DNA from: the human T2T-CHM13v2.0 reference genome, Homo sapiens
DNA length: 64,000 nt
Assembly: GCF_009914755.1 (NCBI RefSeq)
Contig: NC_060940.1
Direction: 5' to 3' (one strand)
In this document: positions 40,015 to 61,719 of the stretch, piece after piece
Numbering within the stretch: position 1 is the first letter of the stretch
Layout: the number at the start of each line of letters is the position of its first letter
The notes under the pieces: model-generated
Told to the model about the DNA's origin: nothing
The model's database searches: none
The model's input: the letters and a program-made list of their open reading frames with translations, nothing else
Translations under genes and position numbers: made by a program

Positions 40015-40323
40015 GTCCGGGCACAGTGGCTCATGCCTGTAATCCCAACACTTTGGGAGGCCGAGGTGGGCAGATCACAAGATCAGGAGATCAAGACCAT
40101 CCTGGCTAACACAGTGAAACCCCGTCTGTACTAAAAATACAAAAACTTAGCCGGGCCTGGTGGCATGTGCCTGTAGTCCCAGCTACTCAGGAGGCTGAGG
40201 CAGGAAAATCACACGAACCCAGGAGGCAGAGGTTGCAGTGAGCCAAGATCCCGCCACTGCACTTCCACCTGGGTGACAGAGCAAGACTCCACCTCAAAAA
40301 AAACAAACAAACAAACAAAAAAA
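40015..40323 (+). mobile_element. AluS (Sc-like)
   Basis: TSD AAAATACAGCCAA. Confidence 0.92.
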
Positions 40324-40869
40324 TACAGCCAATACATCATTTCCTAATTTTTCATGTAATACCTGTTAGTTGATCACTTTTAATAAGTGAACACACGCAT
40401 AGTAGGGGGAAAAAATAAAGAAACCAACGCTGTCCTTTTCTGTCCTTTCTTATAAGTTCTGGACTGTTATTCAAACTCTTTGAAAAAAAAAAAAGTGTAA
40501 ACTATGAAAACAAATGAAATTATTAAAAGCACATTCTCTTCTCATTCTTCTTCAAAAAATGGAGACTTGCTGTGCAGCCTTTAAGATTTTGCAAAGAAAT
40601 AAAGGAGGAAGGAGGAGACATTGTTCTATGTCTGCAGCCTCAGCCCCTGGAAGAGCTGCACAGATGCCCAGGCTTGAGAGAAGCACTCAGCCTGCTCTGA
40701 GGAGGGAATCAGCCTCTGTTCACTTCAGCCTCCCTTCAGGTTCCCATCTCCTGCCCAGAGACAATTGTGGCCAGAGTGCTCACACCTCCTGCCACTGCAC
40801 CACACACATGCTAATTAAAGCCCTTAGACGGTCTTTATTGCTCTAAAGATAAAGATCAACAACAGAACT

Positions 40870-41765
<896 letters not shown>

Positions 41766-42446
41766 TAATCCACCTCCAAAACAACCCACTTAATAATAAC
41801 TTATCAGTGGTCTCCCTGGCACAAATCCATTTCATAGAAATAATTTTTAGTACTTTAATGATGCCTTTCTGCCCTACAGCATATGACAATAAGGAATAAT
41901 TAGCTCCACAACTATAATATGAAAAGGGTGGAATGCATTTAAATTGGAATTGATTTTTGTTTAATCTGTATTTTCATGGGCAGAAATCAGGTTTCTCTCA
42001 GCCACCTCATTACAAAGGACAAGTTGATGTTGCTTTGGGGATGTTGGAAGTCCTCCCTTCCAATAGAGGAAGGGCCAGAACTCACCTTCATCCTAGTTTG
42101 ACTTTTCTTAGAGTTATTGTTTCCTGCACAGGTATGCCCTGAACTTGGACCTCAGCCTACCACTGATATAATAAATGTCCGATCTCAGGTGTGTACACCC
42201 CTTCTATCATTTATATGACTTATGTCCTGCTCATGACTTCGGTCCTGCCCAGGGTCATTGGCCTCAGGAAGTAAATCTTTTTCTGTAGGTTCCTGAGTAT
42301 GGGCCCCTGACACAACTGAGTACTTTAATACAGGCTAGTTTCTGCCAAGAATAATGACCAGAGAATAGATGGATGCGCAGGAGTCATGGCCTCAGCTCTG
42401 CAAATTGTTTCTCTTTGTCCATCCTAGATAATAAAAATACCACCTT

Positions 42447-43290
<844 letters not shown>

Positions 43291-44457
43291 ACAACAGCCC
43301 TCTACAACTTGCAAAAAGCTTTCACCCTATTCCCAAAGGGTTAAGTACTAATTGCCCCATTGCGCAGATATGAAAACAGAGGTTCAGAGGTTAGTGACTT
43401 GCCCAAGGACAAACAGTTTGCAAGTGAACTTATCTAGAATCAAACAGGAATGTCGGCCTCAAAGTCCTTTAATCCAGAATGAATGGAGGCTGATGTATAC
43501 TCCGTGGCCAAAAAGAATGATGATTAAAAGCAGTTTAGCCTGTGGTTCCTTAACTGGGTTGCTAATGAGCTGGTGGTGCTTTTAATTTATTTTCAAGTAT
43601 TTTGAAGAATAATCCAGAACCTGTCATCCTTCTGAGGTGGTTCCTTTCACAAAGTTGTGGTTAGTGTTGTGTGTGGCCTTGCTACCTTGTCCACACTGCT
43701 GATTGTAGCAGGCAGGATATAGGACAGACCAATGACCTTTAAAAAGGCCACTTACAACCAGATAGATGGTGGGTGGTTTCTTGATCACTCCCTCATCACT
43801 ACGAATCAGCAGCTCACGATAAACCTTTAGTAAGGCCTCTAGGGGTGGCAACTGGGGAAGGGCAGCAGAAGTGAAGGGGCAGTAGCTGGAAGTCAGAAAC
43901 AGAGGGAGAGCCATTGGAAAGAAGCACACAGCAGGAGTCATACGTCCAACCGCATCACCAGATTAGGGATAGCGGAAGCTCACCGTAAGGGGTGACAAGG
44001 TTGTCAGGTCACTATTGCTGCTTTGAATCCCAAACTCATTTTAGAGACATAGCTTGTGCAATTTTTTGGACAACTTTCCGTCTCCTTCACATCCCTAGGT
44101 ATTCCTAAAATTAACTTCCCATATCATCCTCCTTGCTCCTGAAAAGTCCAGTTAAGGAGTGGCCATAACAAGGCATCCCCCCTCTTGCTGAACACCTCAA
44201 AGGAGAATTCTTTGGCCTCTGTTCAAAGAAAGGTATCTGGGTGGCTTTGGAGCTTCCCAGAATTCTCTGTACCTCTGAGAAACCACAGGGCATCCACCAT
44301 TGTCCAGGACCACTGCCTGGTGGAGCGGCTCTGCATTCCTTTGCCTATGTTGCCCTCTAGTGCTCACTCCCTATAGTTATCTTTACATACCATTTCCCTT
44401 TTGATGCTAAGTTTAGGAATCCAAAATCTGGAACAAAAACTTCTTATAAGTTTATCC

Positions 44458-44757
44458 AGCCTGGGCGCGGTGGCCCACGCCTGAAATCCCAGCACTTTGG
44501 GAAGCTGAGGCGGGTGGATCACCTGAGGTCAGGAGTTCGAGACCAGCCTGGCCAACATGGCAAAACCCCGTCTCTACTAAAAATAAAAAAAATAGCTGGG
44601 TGTGGTGATGTGTGCCTATAATCCCAGCTACTCAGTAGTCTGAGGCAGGAGAATCACTTCAACCTGGCAGGCAAAGGTTGCAGTGAGCCGAGATGCGCCA
44701 CTGCGCTCCAGCATGTGTAAAAAAGCAAAATTCCATCTCAGGAAAAAAAAAAAAAAG
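44458..44757 (+). mobile_element. AluS
   Basis: Alu dimer; AGT(T)TATCCA flanks. Confidence 0.92.
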
Positions 44758-44849
44758 GAGTATCCATTACTTCATGGAAATTCATCTAGCAGTACCTATA
44801 TGATATATTCGCTTTTCTGTATGTATCTTAAAAGCATTTTAAAATCTCT

Positions 44850-46560
44850 CCATGCATTCATCTGTCAAATATTTACTAAGTGAGTGCCTACCATCGGACA
44901 GAAAGCCTCCCTTTTAGGTAATAGAAAATACAGTTCCTGCCCTCATGGAGACCTAGCAGGGGAGACTGACAGTAGATCTCATAAACAGATGTGAAATGAC
45001 AATTGTGACCATGCCGCAAAGGAGAGGTTCATGGGACGCCTGTTAGGGAGATCCGGGGGGGCTTCTCTGGAGAAGTGAGAATGGACTAAAATATGAAGGA
45101 CCAGAGTTAGGATGTTAGAAAAAAAAGAGGGGCCAGGGAGAGCAGCAAGTGCAAGAACACCCCTGTGTCAAAAAAGGAGTAGGATGCATTTGAAGATGTG
45201 AAAGCAAGCCGCTTTAGCTGGAATGTGAAAAGTAGGGGTTTGGGGCACCATGGGAGGACAGGCTGGAGGGACAGCTGAGGGACAGCCTTTACATGGCCTG
45301 GTTGACCACATCAGAATTTTGGTCTTTAAAAGGGTACTCCCTTTGCAAACCCCCACCTTTGTGTGGCAGATGGAAAATTGAAAGTACCTATGATTGGATG
45401 CAAAAAGCATGGGAGTGTAACTGTGTAACTTCACTTCAGCCTCTGATTGCAGGCAAAGTCTTCATTTGCATAGAAGTGTAACTTTTGTAACTTCAGCCTC
45501 CAATTGGCTGCTTTCCACAAGCAATCATACTGATCGTGGGCCACCATTTCATTTACCTGAGGCGAGCACCAAGTGGCCAGTGGGAAGCCTCTAGTGGGTA
45601 TTTGGACCAGAGAAGATTCTGTATTGGGGCCTTTGAGCCACTGCTCCAGCCAGCTCCCAAACTGTGGAGCGTACTTTCATTTCAATAAATCCTTGCTTCC
45701 CTTAAAAAAAAAAAAAGGAATTTCGGTCTTTATTAAAACGAAGAGTGCTTGATTGTCTTATTTTGTTGAAGAAGAAGGTAGGTGATCAGATTTGGGTTTT
45801 GGAAAGATCCCGCTAGTTTTGCGTAGAAGATGGATTGAAGCGGGACCGCAGCTTTACAGTAGATGAGGTCAAAGGTCATTATTCTTGCAGTCCTGGTGAA
45901 AGATGATAGTGACTTGGGCTCAGTGATAGCAGCAGAAGTGGAAAAAAGGAGATAGAGTCAAGATAGAGGATAATGGGGCTTGGTGGTGGATTGCATGTGG
46001 GAGGATGGAGAAGGACAGGGGTGTGTCAAGGATGATTCAGAATTCTGGTTTCAGTAACAGGATAGTGGTATCATTTCCTTTTTTGTTGCATTTTTTGTTT
46101 GTTTGGGGGTTGTTTTGTTTTGTTTTGAGACATGATCTTGCTCTGTCACCCAGGCTGGAGTGTAGTGGTGCAAGCACAGGTCACTGCAGTCTCAACATTC
46201 TGGACTCAAGCGATCCTCCTGCCTCAGCCTCCTGAGTAGCTGGGACTACAGGCATGTGCCACCACGCCCAGCTAATTCGTTTTTAATTTTTTGTAGAGAT
46301 GGGGGTCTCACTGCGTTGCCCAGGCTGGCCTCAAACTCCTGGCCTCCAGCAATCCTCTCACTTCAGCCTCCCAAAGTCCTGGGATTACAGACATGAGCCA
46401 CCATACTTGCCCTTTGTTTCCTATGATAGGGAACATTGGCAGAGAAACAGATTTCGGCGGATGGGGGATGAGAAAAGCATGAGTTTGGTGTTGGAAAAAG
46501 TAAGATTAATGTGCCTTTAGGACATTCAAATGGCTACATCGGTCAATTAATATAGTCAGT
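44850..46560 (-). mobile_element. L2 3' region, interrupted by the MER51 retrocopy and an AluJ (46095-46412, minus)
   Basis: CATTCATCTGTCAAATATTTACT...CCTGCCCTCATGGAG...AGCAAGTGCAAG...AGATGATAGTGACTTGG. Confidence 0.8.
45329..45716 (+). mobile_element. MER51-type ERV1 LTR fragment, polyadenylated with TSD (L1-type retrocopy)
   Basis: TACTCCCTTTGCAAACCCCCACC...GATTGG repeats; AATAAA 45684-45689; A13 tail; TSD GAATTT(T/C)GGTCTTTA. Confidence 0.85.
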
Positions 46561-46821
46561 AAATTCTTACTCAGCCCTTCATATGTGTCAGGCACTACTC
46601 TGGGCTTTATCTCCCATAGAGTTTACATTGAGGCTCATCCCTTCACCTCTCTGCTTAGAGCCCTGCCTGCCTGTCCTAGCCAGAAAAAAATCCATTGAGT
46701 ATTCAATAAGCTTTTTCTTGGAGCTGGCTACATATGAGACATTGAGCTCAGTGTTCTACTTGATTAGGTGATTCTATACTTTTTTTGTTTTTCTTTTCTT
46801 TTTGTTTTAAGATTCACGGTA

Positions 46822-47127
46822 GGCTGGGCCAGTGGTTCACCACTGTAATCCCAGCACTTTGGGAGGCCAAGGCCAAGGTGGAAGGATCACTTGAGGTCAG
46901 GAGTTTGAGACCAGCCTGGCCAACATGGTGAAACCCCATATCTACTAAAAACACAAAAATTAGGCCAGGCAAGGTGACACATGCCTATAATCCCAGCTTC
47001 TTGGGAGGCCAAGGTACCAGAATTGCTTGAACCCTGGAGGCAGAGGTTACAGTGAGCTGAGATTGTGCCACCGCACTACAGCCTGGATGATAGAGCAAGA
47101 CTCTGTCTCAAAAAAAAAAAAAAAAAA
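46822..47127 (+). mobile_element. AluS
   Basis: TSD AAGATTCA(C/T)GG. Confidence 0.92.
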
Positions 47128-47129
47128 GA

Positions 47130-47675
47130 TTCATGGATACATGTGCAGGTTTATTACAGTGATAATATTACGTGTGATGCTGATGTTTGTGTTTCTAATG
47201 AGTCCATCACCCAAGTAACAAACATAGTACCTGATAGGCAGCTTTTCAACCCCTGCCCCTTCCCCTCCCTTTTTGTAGTCCCCAGTATCTATTGTTTCCA
47301 TCTTTGTATCTGTGTACCCAATGTTTAGCTCCCACTTGTAAGTGAGAACATGAGGCATTCAGTTTTCTGTCCCTGCGTTAGTTTGCATAGGATAATGGCC
47401 CACAGTGGGATTCGTGTTGCTGCAAAGGACATGAATTTGTTCTTTTTTATGGTTGTGTGATATTCCATGCTATATATGTACCACACTTTCTTTATCCAAT
47501 CTACCGTTGATGGGCACCTGGGTTAATTCTATGTCTTTGCTAGTGTGAATAGCAAAGTTGCAATAAATGTATGAGTGCTGGAATCTTTTTGGTAGAAAGA
47601 TTTGTTTTCCTTTGGGTATGTATCCAGTAGTGAGATTGTTGGGTCAAATGGTAATTCTATTTTTAGTTCTTTCAG
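47130..47675 (-). mobile_element. L1 (L1PB/MA-type) 3' fragment
   Basis: ACATGTGCAGGTTT...CTCCCACTTGTAAGTGAGAACATG. Confidence 0.9.
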
Positions 47676-47689
47676 AAAGCGGGATTCCA

Positions 47690-48320
<631 letters not shown>

Positions 48321-48612
48321 GCGGGAAAATTCCATTTCTTACCTTCACTTATTGCCTTGCCAAAGTAACTCTTTCCCAGTGGCCCTTCCTGACATTACTC
48401 AAAAACCAAACTGGATTATGCTGGATAGGGACCTTGTCATGAAGGTTATCTCTGTTTTTCTGGACATCCTAGTAAACTGTTCACATCAGAAGCAGAGGAA
48501 AAACACGCACCTAGTTTCTCAACTATTTAACTGATAGTCTGACCTCCAGAAGCATTTCTCCCCGCACATTTTCACACCTTAAGATTCAAGTCTTTTGAGA
48601 AGCTGATGAAGA

Positions 48613-48921
48613 AGGCGAGTGTAGTGGCTCACACCTGTAATCCCAGCACTTTGGAAGGCCAAGGTGGGCAGATCACTTGAAACCAGGGCTTTGAGCCCAG
48701 CCTGGCCAAAGTGGCAAAACTCTGTCTCTACTAAAAATACAAAAATTAGCCAGGCCTGGTGGCACAGAACTATAGTCCCAGCTACTCAGAAGACTGAAGT
48801 ATGAGAATTACTTGAACCAGGGAGGTGGAGATTGCAGTGAGCTGAGATCGCACCACAGCACTCCAGTTTGGGTGACAGAGGAAGACTCTGTCTCAAAATA
48901 AAATAAAATAAAATAAAATAA
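48613..48921 (+). mobile_element. AluS
   Basis: GAAGCT(G/A)ATGAAGAA flanks. Confidence 0.9.
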
Positions 48922-49021
48922 GTAGTAGCAGAAGCTAATGAAGAAAACCCTGAGAGTTCTTAAACAGAGAAACCAGAAAAAAGAGTCTTGAGGAGGACAG
49001 AAGTTTAGAATCCATCTAACC

Positions 49022-49590
49022 TGTCTTTCCCAAGGTTAATTCCATGGAACATTGGCTCCTAAAGACACCCAGAAACAAAATGATACTGTGATTCAAAAAG
49101 TTGGAAAATCTTTCATGCTTTATTGTCTTCTTAGAACTTCATAGGGTACATTAAGACATTAAACGATCGGAAAAGTGGCCAGGCAGGATGGCACACACCT
49201 GTAATCCCAGCACTTTGGAAAGCCAAAGCGAAGGATCACTTGAGCTCAGGAGTTTAAGACCAGCCTGGGCAACAGAGTAAGACCTCATCTCCACAAAAAA
49301 ATCAAAAAGAATTAGCCAGTTGTGACAGCATGTGCCTGTAGTCCTAGCTACTCAGGAGGCTGAAGCAGGAGGATTGCTTGAGGCCAAGAATTTCAGACTG
49401 CAGTGAGTTATGATCACACCACTGCACTCCAGCCCAGCCTGGGTGACAGCAAGACCCTGTCTCAATCAATCAATAAATCAAGGATCTAAAAAGTCCTACA
49501 GCAAAGAAACCTGTTTGAAATCCCAAACTTATTCAACTGTCCAACTCTTTTATCTCATAATAGCTATCAACATGCCTGGGATTATATTCT
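49022..49590. mobile_element. hAT-Charlie relic (MER103-like) split by an AluJ (49177-49480)
   Basis: AAGTCCTACAGCAAAGAAACCTGTTT motif; Alu dimer. Confidence 0.65.
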
Positions 49591-49910
49591 GGTAAATATA
49601 TACACTGATATAATGGCTATAATAGTGGCCATTACTATTTATTATTCACTCTATGCTATATATTTATCATCATCTCATTTAATCCTAAAAATAACCCCAT
49701 ATTATTATCATATAATATGTTATATATGTGTGTGTGTGTGTGTGTGTAATTAAATAATTCAAACTTAAAGTTGCTGAAATTTCAAGTTATTCTGAGCCTC
49801 AAGAGAAATGTGGCTCACTGATCCCTGTGTTCTTCCTTACGAGTGGTGAAGTGGGAGATGAAATATGGTCACAGGTTCTCTGAGACTGCTCTGACTGAGT
49901 AGCAGGGGTC

Positions 49911-50645
<735 letters not shown>

Positions 50646-50649
50646 GGCT

Positions 50650-51575
<926 letters not shown>

Positions 51576-52144
51576 CCTTAAAAAAAGAGAGAGAAATGTG
51601 GCTATGCAGCCAGTCATGTAGCATGCACCTGCCAACTTCTGCTTCTCTGAGTGTAGATTAACTCTCTTTCTTATTCTTATACGGTAGATAACTTGCAAGA
51701 TCAAGCAGCACGAAAGATCCCCTCAGATCATTGCCCCTCCTCACAAAATAATAAAGTAACCTTCTTTGGAATGTAGCCATCTATAATCAAATTGCTATAA
51801 TGTATGCACTTGTCTTCTATAAAAAATGTTGTAATCCTGCTAACGTTTCTCCGTCTCTGCCTACTTAAGTGAATCCTTAACTTCACTTTGGAATGCTGAC
51901 CTCATTCATTTGCAGTCCTTGTTTCCTGGGTGGCTATACTCAAGCTTTGCACTCAAATAAACTCTACACCTAGTCATATTTTCTTAATCTTATTCTTAAA
52001 GGTTGACATGTACCTATAATATATAACATATACATATTATATTATGTAACATTTAACAGATGAGAAAACTGAGGCTCAGAACAGAGAAGTAATTTCTCCA
52101 GGCTGGTAAGTGGTGGAGCTACTGGCCGTAAAACTGGCAAATGC

Positions 52145-52293
52145 TGATAGGGTTCAGGACATACCACCCCAAAATATGACAGTGGGAGACCAGAATATGC
52201 TACCCTAAATATGCTTTCTTGGCATAAGGATTATTTTAAGCTGATTATTTTGGGAAACAGAAGACAAAGAAGATGACTGGAAGTTACCCTTTT
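52145..52293 (+). mobile_element. ERV1 LTR 5' fragment (MER34/MER39-like)
   Basis: GGAGACCAGAATATGCTACCCTAAATATG...GGCATAAGGATTATTTT. Confidence 0.7.
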
Positions 52294-52294
52294 A

Positions 52295-52749
52295 GGCCAG
52301 GCACGTTGGCTCATGGCTATAATCCCAGCAATTTGGAAGGCCGAGGCAGGCAGATCACTTGAAGTCAGGAGTTCGAGACCAGCCTGGCCAATATGGCGAA
52401 ACCCCATCTCTACTAAAAATACAAAAATTACCCCTGCATGGTGGTGCGTGCCTGTAATCCCAGCTACTTGGGAGGCTGAGGCAGGAGAATCGCTTGAACA
52501 CAGGAGGTTGGAGTGCTGTGATCCGAGATCATGCCAATGCAATCCAGCCTGGGTGACAGAGCAAGACTCCGTCTCAAAAAAAATGATAACCAAATTATAA
52601 TTATACTTTTTTTATTTTTTGTTTTTAAGAATAGAGACAGGGTCTCACCATGTTGCCCAGGCTGGTCCCAAAGTCCTCAGCTCAAACAATCCTCCCACCT
52701 CAGCCTCCCAAAGTGCTAGGATTACAGGCACGAGCCACCTCACCTGGCC
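52295..52749. mobile_element. AluS (+, 52295-52583) and FLAM-like monomer (-, 52607-52749)
   Basis: Alu sequences. Confidence 0.88.
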
Positions 52750-53000
52750 AATAATTATACTTTTAGAAATAGACTACACTCAGTGTGTAAGCTAGGACTT
52801 AAATTAGGTCTTCTAAATATTTTGTGTAATTCACATCATCTTGCAAAATTCCCTAATTTCCATGATGGCAAAAATAATTTGTATTTAGTCACTGGGGGAC
52901 CAGAGAGAAAGGTAGAGAGAGAAAGAGACTGAGAGAGTATAAATGCGATGTATGTGTTCAGATTTGGAATAATTGTCAAATGCATTTGATGTTCAGCAAC

Positions 53001-53123
53001 TTTTATTATTTATTTTAATTTTTTGTAGAGACACAAGTCTCACTGTTTCCCAGGCTGGTCTCAAACTCCTGGCCTCAAGTGATCCTCTCGCCTCAGCCTC
53101 CCAAAGTGCTGGGAGTAGAGGTG
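53001..53123 (-). mobile_element. FLAM-like Alu monomer
   Basis: Left-arm Alu. Confidence 0.8.
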
Positions 53124-53964
53124 TCAGCTACTGGACTGGCTGATGCTTAGCAATTTTTCAAAAGAAAGAAGGTAATCTTGGAACAAAGAAGAATTATATA
53201 ATTGTGTAACAGGAACAAGGTCATCAAAGTGTGAGCACACCCAACCTTCTCCCACTGGAGAGTTCTTTGCCAAACTGGTTTCAGGGATTTTGTAATAAAG
53301 AATCATAAAAATGATTCTGCAGGAGAGGAGAGAGGAAGGAAAGAACAGAGTCTTACTTGCTTAATTTCTGGGGCTCTTTTTTGTTAGGGAGAATTAGGTA
53401 ATGAGCCAAGCAGAAAGGAAACTTTCTTTTTAAATGGCAAGGCAAAATTGATCTACATAATAAAGAACAAAAGGGGGATAGGGAGAGGCAAGAAACAGAA
53501 AAGCCACAGGGGCTAGAAGTTGAGGGTGAGTTTGAGGGGATTTGATAAGCAGCTCAAGGGCAGCTCTGGAGGTGAGAGAATTGGGGAGGAGAAGGAAAGT
53601 AATTTTGATACGTTTTGCTGTGGGTTTTGAAATGGATCCTCTTTAATGTTTTTTAAGAGAGGCAGAAATGATTGAAATTCCTTTTTAATTAATTTGGGTT
53701 GGTAGATTGTGGTTCTAAGCCTGTGGAATTTAGAAAGATTACAGTTGCTTTTGACATTCCTGTTTTCAAGTCCAGTATCTGCTACAGATGGATACTAGTC
53801 CAGGGCATTAACAACAAAAAACTGCACACTACAATCTGGAACAATTTTACTAGAACATTTTTCATAAGTATTATTAAATGGTAGGATTTGGGATGATTTT
53901 ATTTTCTCTTCTTTTGCATATCTATTTGTCTAAATTCTCTATAATAAACATGTATTACTTTTAA

Positions 53965-55494
<1,530 letters not shown>

Positions 55495-55906
55495 CTATCA
55501 AAGGGTGCCATGGAACAGACGAGACAGGCAACCTCTCTGGGCTGGAAACAATTGGCCATAGGGCCCAGAGATGACCCAGTAGAGTTACCATTTTGTGGGA
55601 AGAGCCTGCCCTAATTATTCTCTATTCTCCTTCCAGCCCAACCCTTATGCACACTTTACCAGGTAAAGTACATCGTGGCCTGTATCTCTTTATCAAGAAC
55701 AATGTTCTCAAGGCGAGTTGAGTACATGTATGTGACACAGTCTTATCATAATCAGTGGCTCATGAAAGCCATGGTGTGGAGGGAGTGGGGATATGTCTCC
55801 TCTAAATCAAGGGATGAGCTTGCATACCTTTAAGAAGACTCAAGCATGATTCAGAAACACATCTCAATGGTCAGGCTCTACCATCCCCTAACCCTGAAAA
55901 TCTATC

Positions 55907-56638
55907 TGTAATTGTCCAAAGAGTTCTTCTTGCCCTCTTCCCAGAAAACCCAATGCACTGAGCACAGCAGTTGTTGTAGCAAAGAAAGAAAATAACCACA
56001 GGGGCAGCCAAGCAAGAGGACAGGAGATAATTTTCTAATCTGCCTCTCTAAGAATTCAGAGGCTAGGGTTTTTCAAGGATACTTTGGTAGACGGGGGCTA
56101 AGGAATGGGGAATGTTGACTGGTTGGGTTGAGAATGAAATCACCAGGGATCAAAGCTGTCTTCTTGCATGGAGTCAGTTCCTGGGAAGGAGTCACAGGAC
56201 CACTTGAGTCAGTTTCTTGGTATGGGCTACCAGTCTGAGCGGTGCTCAGCTGGTCCATCAGAATGCAAGGTCAGAAAAATATCTCAAACACGAGTCTTTG
56301 GTTTTGCAATAATGACGTTATCTATAGGAGCAATTGGGGAGGTTACAAATCTTGTGACCTCTGGCTATATGACTCCCAAACCATAATTCTAATCTTGTGG
56401 CCAGTTTGTTCGTTTTACAGAGGTAGTTGTGGTCGCCAAGCAAGGAGATGGTTAGTTTTAGGGAGGGATTCTTATCATCTTCATTTTAAAGTTAAACTAT
56501 AAACTAAATTACTCCCATAGTTAATGTAGCCTATGCCTCGGGATAAGCAATGACAGTTAGCTTATGAAGCTAGAACCAAGATGGAATCAGCTATGTTAGA
56601 TTTCTCTCACTGCCATAAAGTTTGCAAAGGCAGTTTCC
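55907..56638 (-). mobile_element. LTR8/LTR8A-type ERV1 solo LTR
   Basis: Reverse complement starts GAAACTGCCTTTGCAAA...TCTAACATAGCTGATTCCATCTTG. Confidence 0.82.
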
Positions 56639-56713
56639 CATCTCTTCTCCTGGAATTTGTTGACATCACTCTTCAGATTATTCTCCTCTATCGAAGAGTG
56701 ATGGCATGGTGAC

Positions 56714-57860
<1,147 letters not shown>

Positions 57861-57864
57861 CTGC

Positions 57865-58100
57865 TGTGGTTAAAACCCTGGTCTTTAGAGCTCAAATTCC
57901 TATTCTGCCACTAACTAGCTATGTTAACTTGGGCAATTCATGCAACCTTCATAAATGTGCTGTCTCACCCGTAAGGTATGAATTTTACCTTCCTGGTAGA
58001 CCTTTTGTGAGGAGCAAATTAGATAGCATTTATAAAGCATCTTTGAGCTCAATGCCTGGCACTTGGTGAATGTTCCGTGAGCAGAAGCCATTGGTCACCG
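57865..58100 (+). mobile_element. MIR
   Basis: GTGGTTAA...CTGCCACTAACTAGCTATG...TTGGGCAA...TGCCTGGCAC. Confidence 0.8.
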
Positions 58101-58247
58101 TCTCCCATCAATCCAAGCCCCAGTCCATCGCTGGCTCCTTTGCAGCTTATCTACTCCACCTGCCCTTTACATGTTGGTTTTTCCAGAGTTTTGTCCTTGA
58201 TAGATGCTTTTCTGCTCCAAGCAGTGCCTCCCCTCAGGGTATATGTG

Positions 58248-59500
<1,253 letters not shown>

Positions 59501-59599
59501 ATTCCCAAATGAATTCCTCAAGTCTCAGCCTCTAAAGGCAAACTGCCTAGTGCAAGCCCCAGCTGTGTCCTTGAGAGCTGGAAGAACTAGTTAACCCCC

Positions 59600-60411
59600 T
59601 ATATTAGTCAGGGTCCTCCAGAGAAACAGAACCAACAGAATATATCGAGATATATAAGGGGAGATTTATTATGGGAATTGGTTCACATTATTATGGAGGC
59701 CAAGAAGTCCCATGTTATGCCATTGGTATGCTGGAGACCCAGGAAAGCCAGTGGTGTAATTCAGTCTGAGGCGGAAGGCATGAGAACCAGAGAGGCCACT
59801 GGTCTAAGTCCTGGAGTCTGAAAATCCCAGAACCAGGAGCTCCAACGTCTGAGGACAAGAGAAGATGGATGTCCCAGCTCAAGAAAAGAGAGAGAATTCT
59901 CTACCTTGTTGCTGTATTCAGACCTTCAACAGATTAGATTAATGACAGTGGGTCTTCTTGACACAGTCTACTGATTAAAACGCTAATCTCTTCCAGAAAC
60001 ACGCTCCCAGGCACACCCAGAAATAATGTTTTACCAGCTATCTGGGCATCCCTTAGCCAAGTTAAACTGACACATAATTTTATTTATCTATTTATTTTTT
60101 TGAGACAGAGCCTCACTCTGTCACCTAGGCTGGAATGCAGTGATGTGACCTAGGCTCACTGCAACCTCTGCCTCCCAGTTTCAAGCAATTCTCCTGCCTC
60201 AGCCTCCCGAGTAGTAGCTGGAATTACAGGCACGTGCCACCACACCTGGACAATTTTTGTATTTTTAGTAGAGACGAGGTTTTGCCATGTTGGCCAGGCT
60301 GGTCTCGAACTCCAGACCTCAAGTGATCCGCCCACCTCGGCCTCCCAAAGTGCTGGGATTACAGGTGTGAGCCACTGCGCCCAGTCTTGACACATAAAAT
60401 TAACCATCACA
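59600..60411 (-). mobile_element. MLT2 (ERVL) solo LTR with an AluS (60078-60385, minus), inserted in a MIR
   Basis: TATTAGTCAGGGTCCTCCAGAGAAACAGAACC...ATAAAATTAACCATCACA. Confidence 0.9.
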
Positions 60412-60884
60412 CCCCCCCTGCACCCCCTGTACAACAACGGGGTTTTATTGTAGGGGAGAGAGATTGGGCTTAATTCAGAATACAACAAGGAAATGTGGGA
60501 ATTTACAGCCAAGGAGCAAGTTGGGATCAGTGAATGGATTAAAACTCCCTGTGTTTTAATCTATAAAATGAGCACAGTGTGATGGTGAGGATTAAATGAG
60601 TTCTATATGTATTGCATTTGGAACAATGCTCAGACATGGTAAGAGTGATATAAGTGTTTGCAATCATTATTTACATTTTGTCCTATGGGCACCTCAAACT
60701 CAACACCCCTAAAACTCAACCCCTCATCTTCCCTTTAAACCTGCCCCTCCTTGTATGCTTTTTTTTTCCTAGGTTGCCTTCTAATTGGTATTCATGCTTC
60801 TAGCTTTATCCCTCCCAACTCCATCCTCTAAACAGTTACCAGGGTGCTCTACCTAATATACAAATCTAAGTGGATCTGATTTAC

Positions 60885-61700
<816 letters not shown>

Positions 61701-61719
61701 CACTGACGTCCTAGCATCA

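Noticed and set aside
40514-40846. 110-aa ORF in unique sequence
   Set aside because: No domain or exon evidence.
42060-42430. Possible old LTR-like or unique segment
   Set aside because: Could not assign a family or function from sequence alone.
43624-43941. 105-aa minus-strand ORF in non-Alu sequence
   Set aside because: No recognisable family, no clear splice context, and a length expected by chance; may be an old LTR relic.
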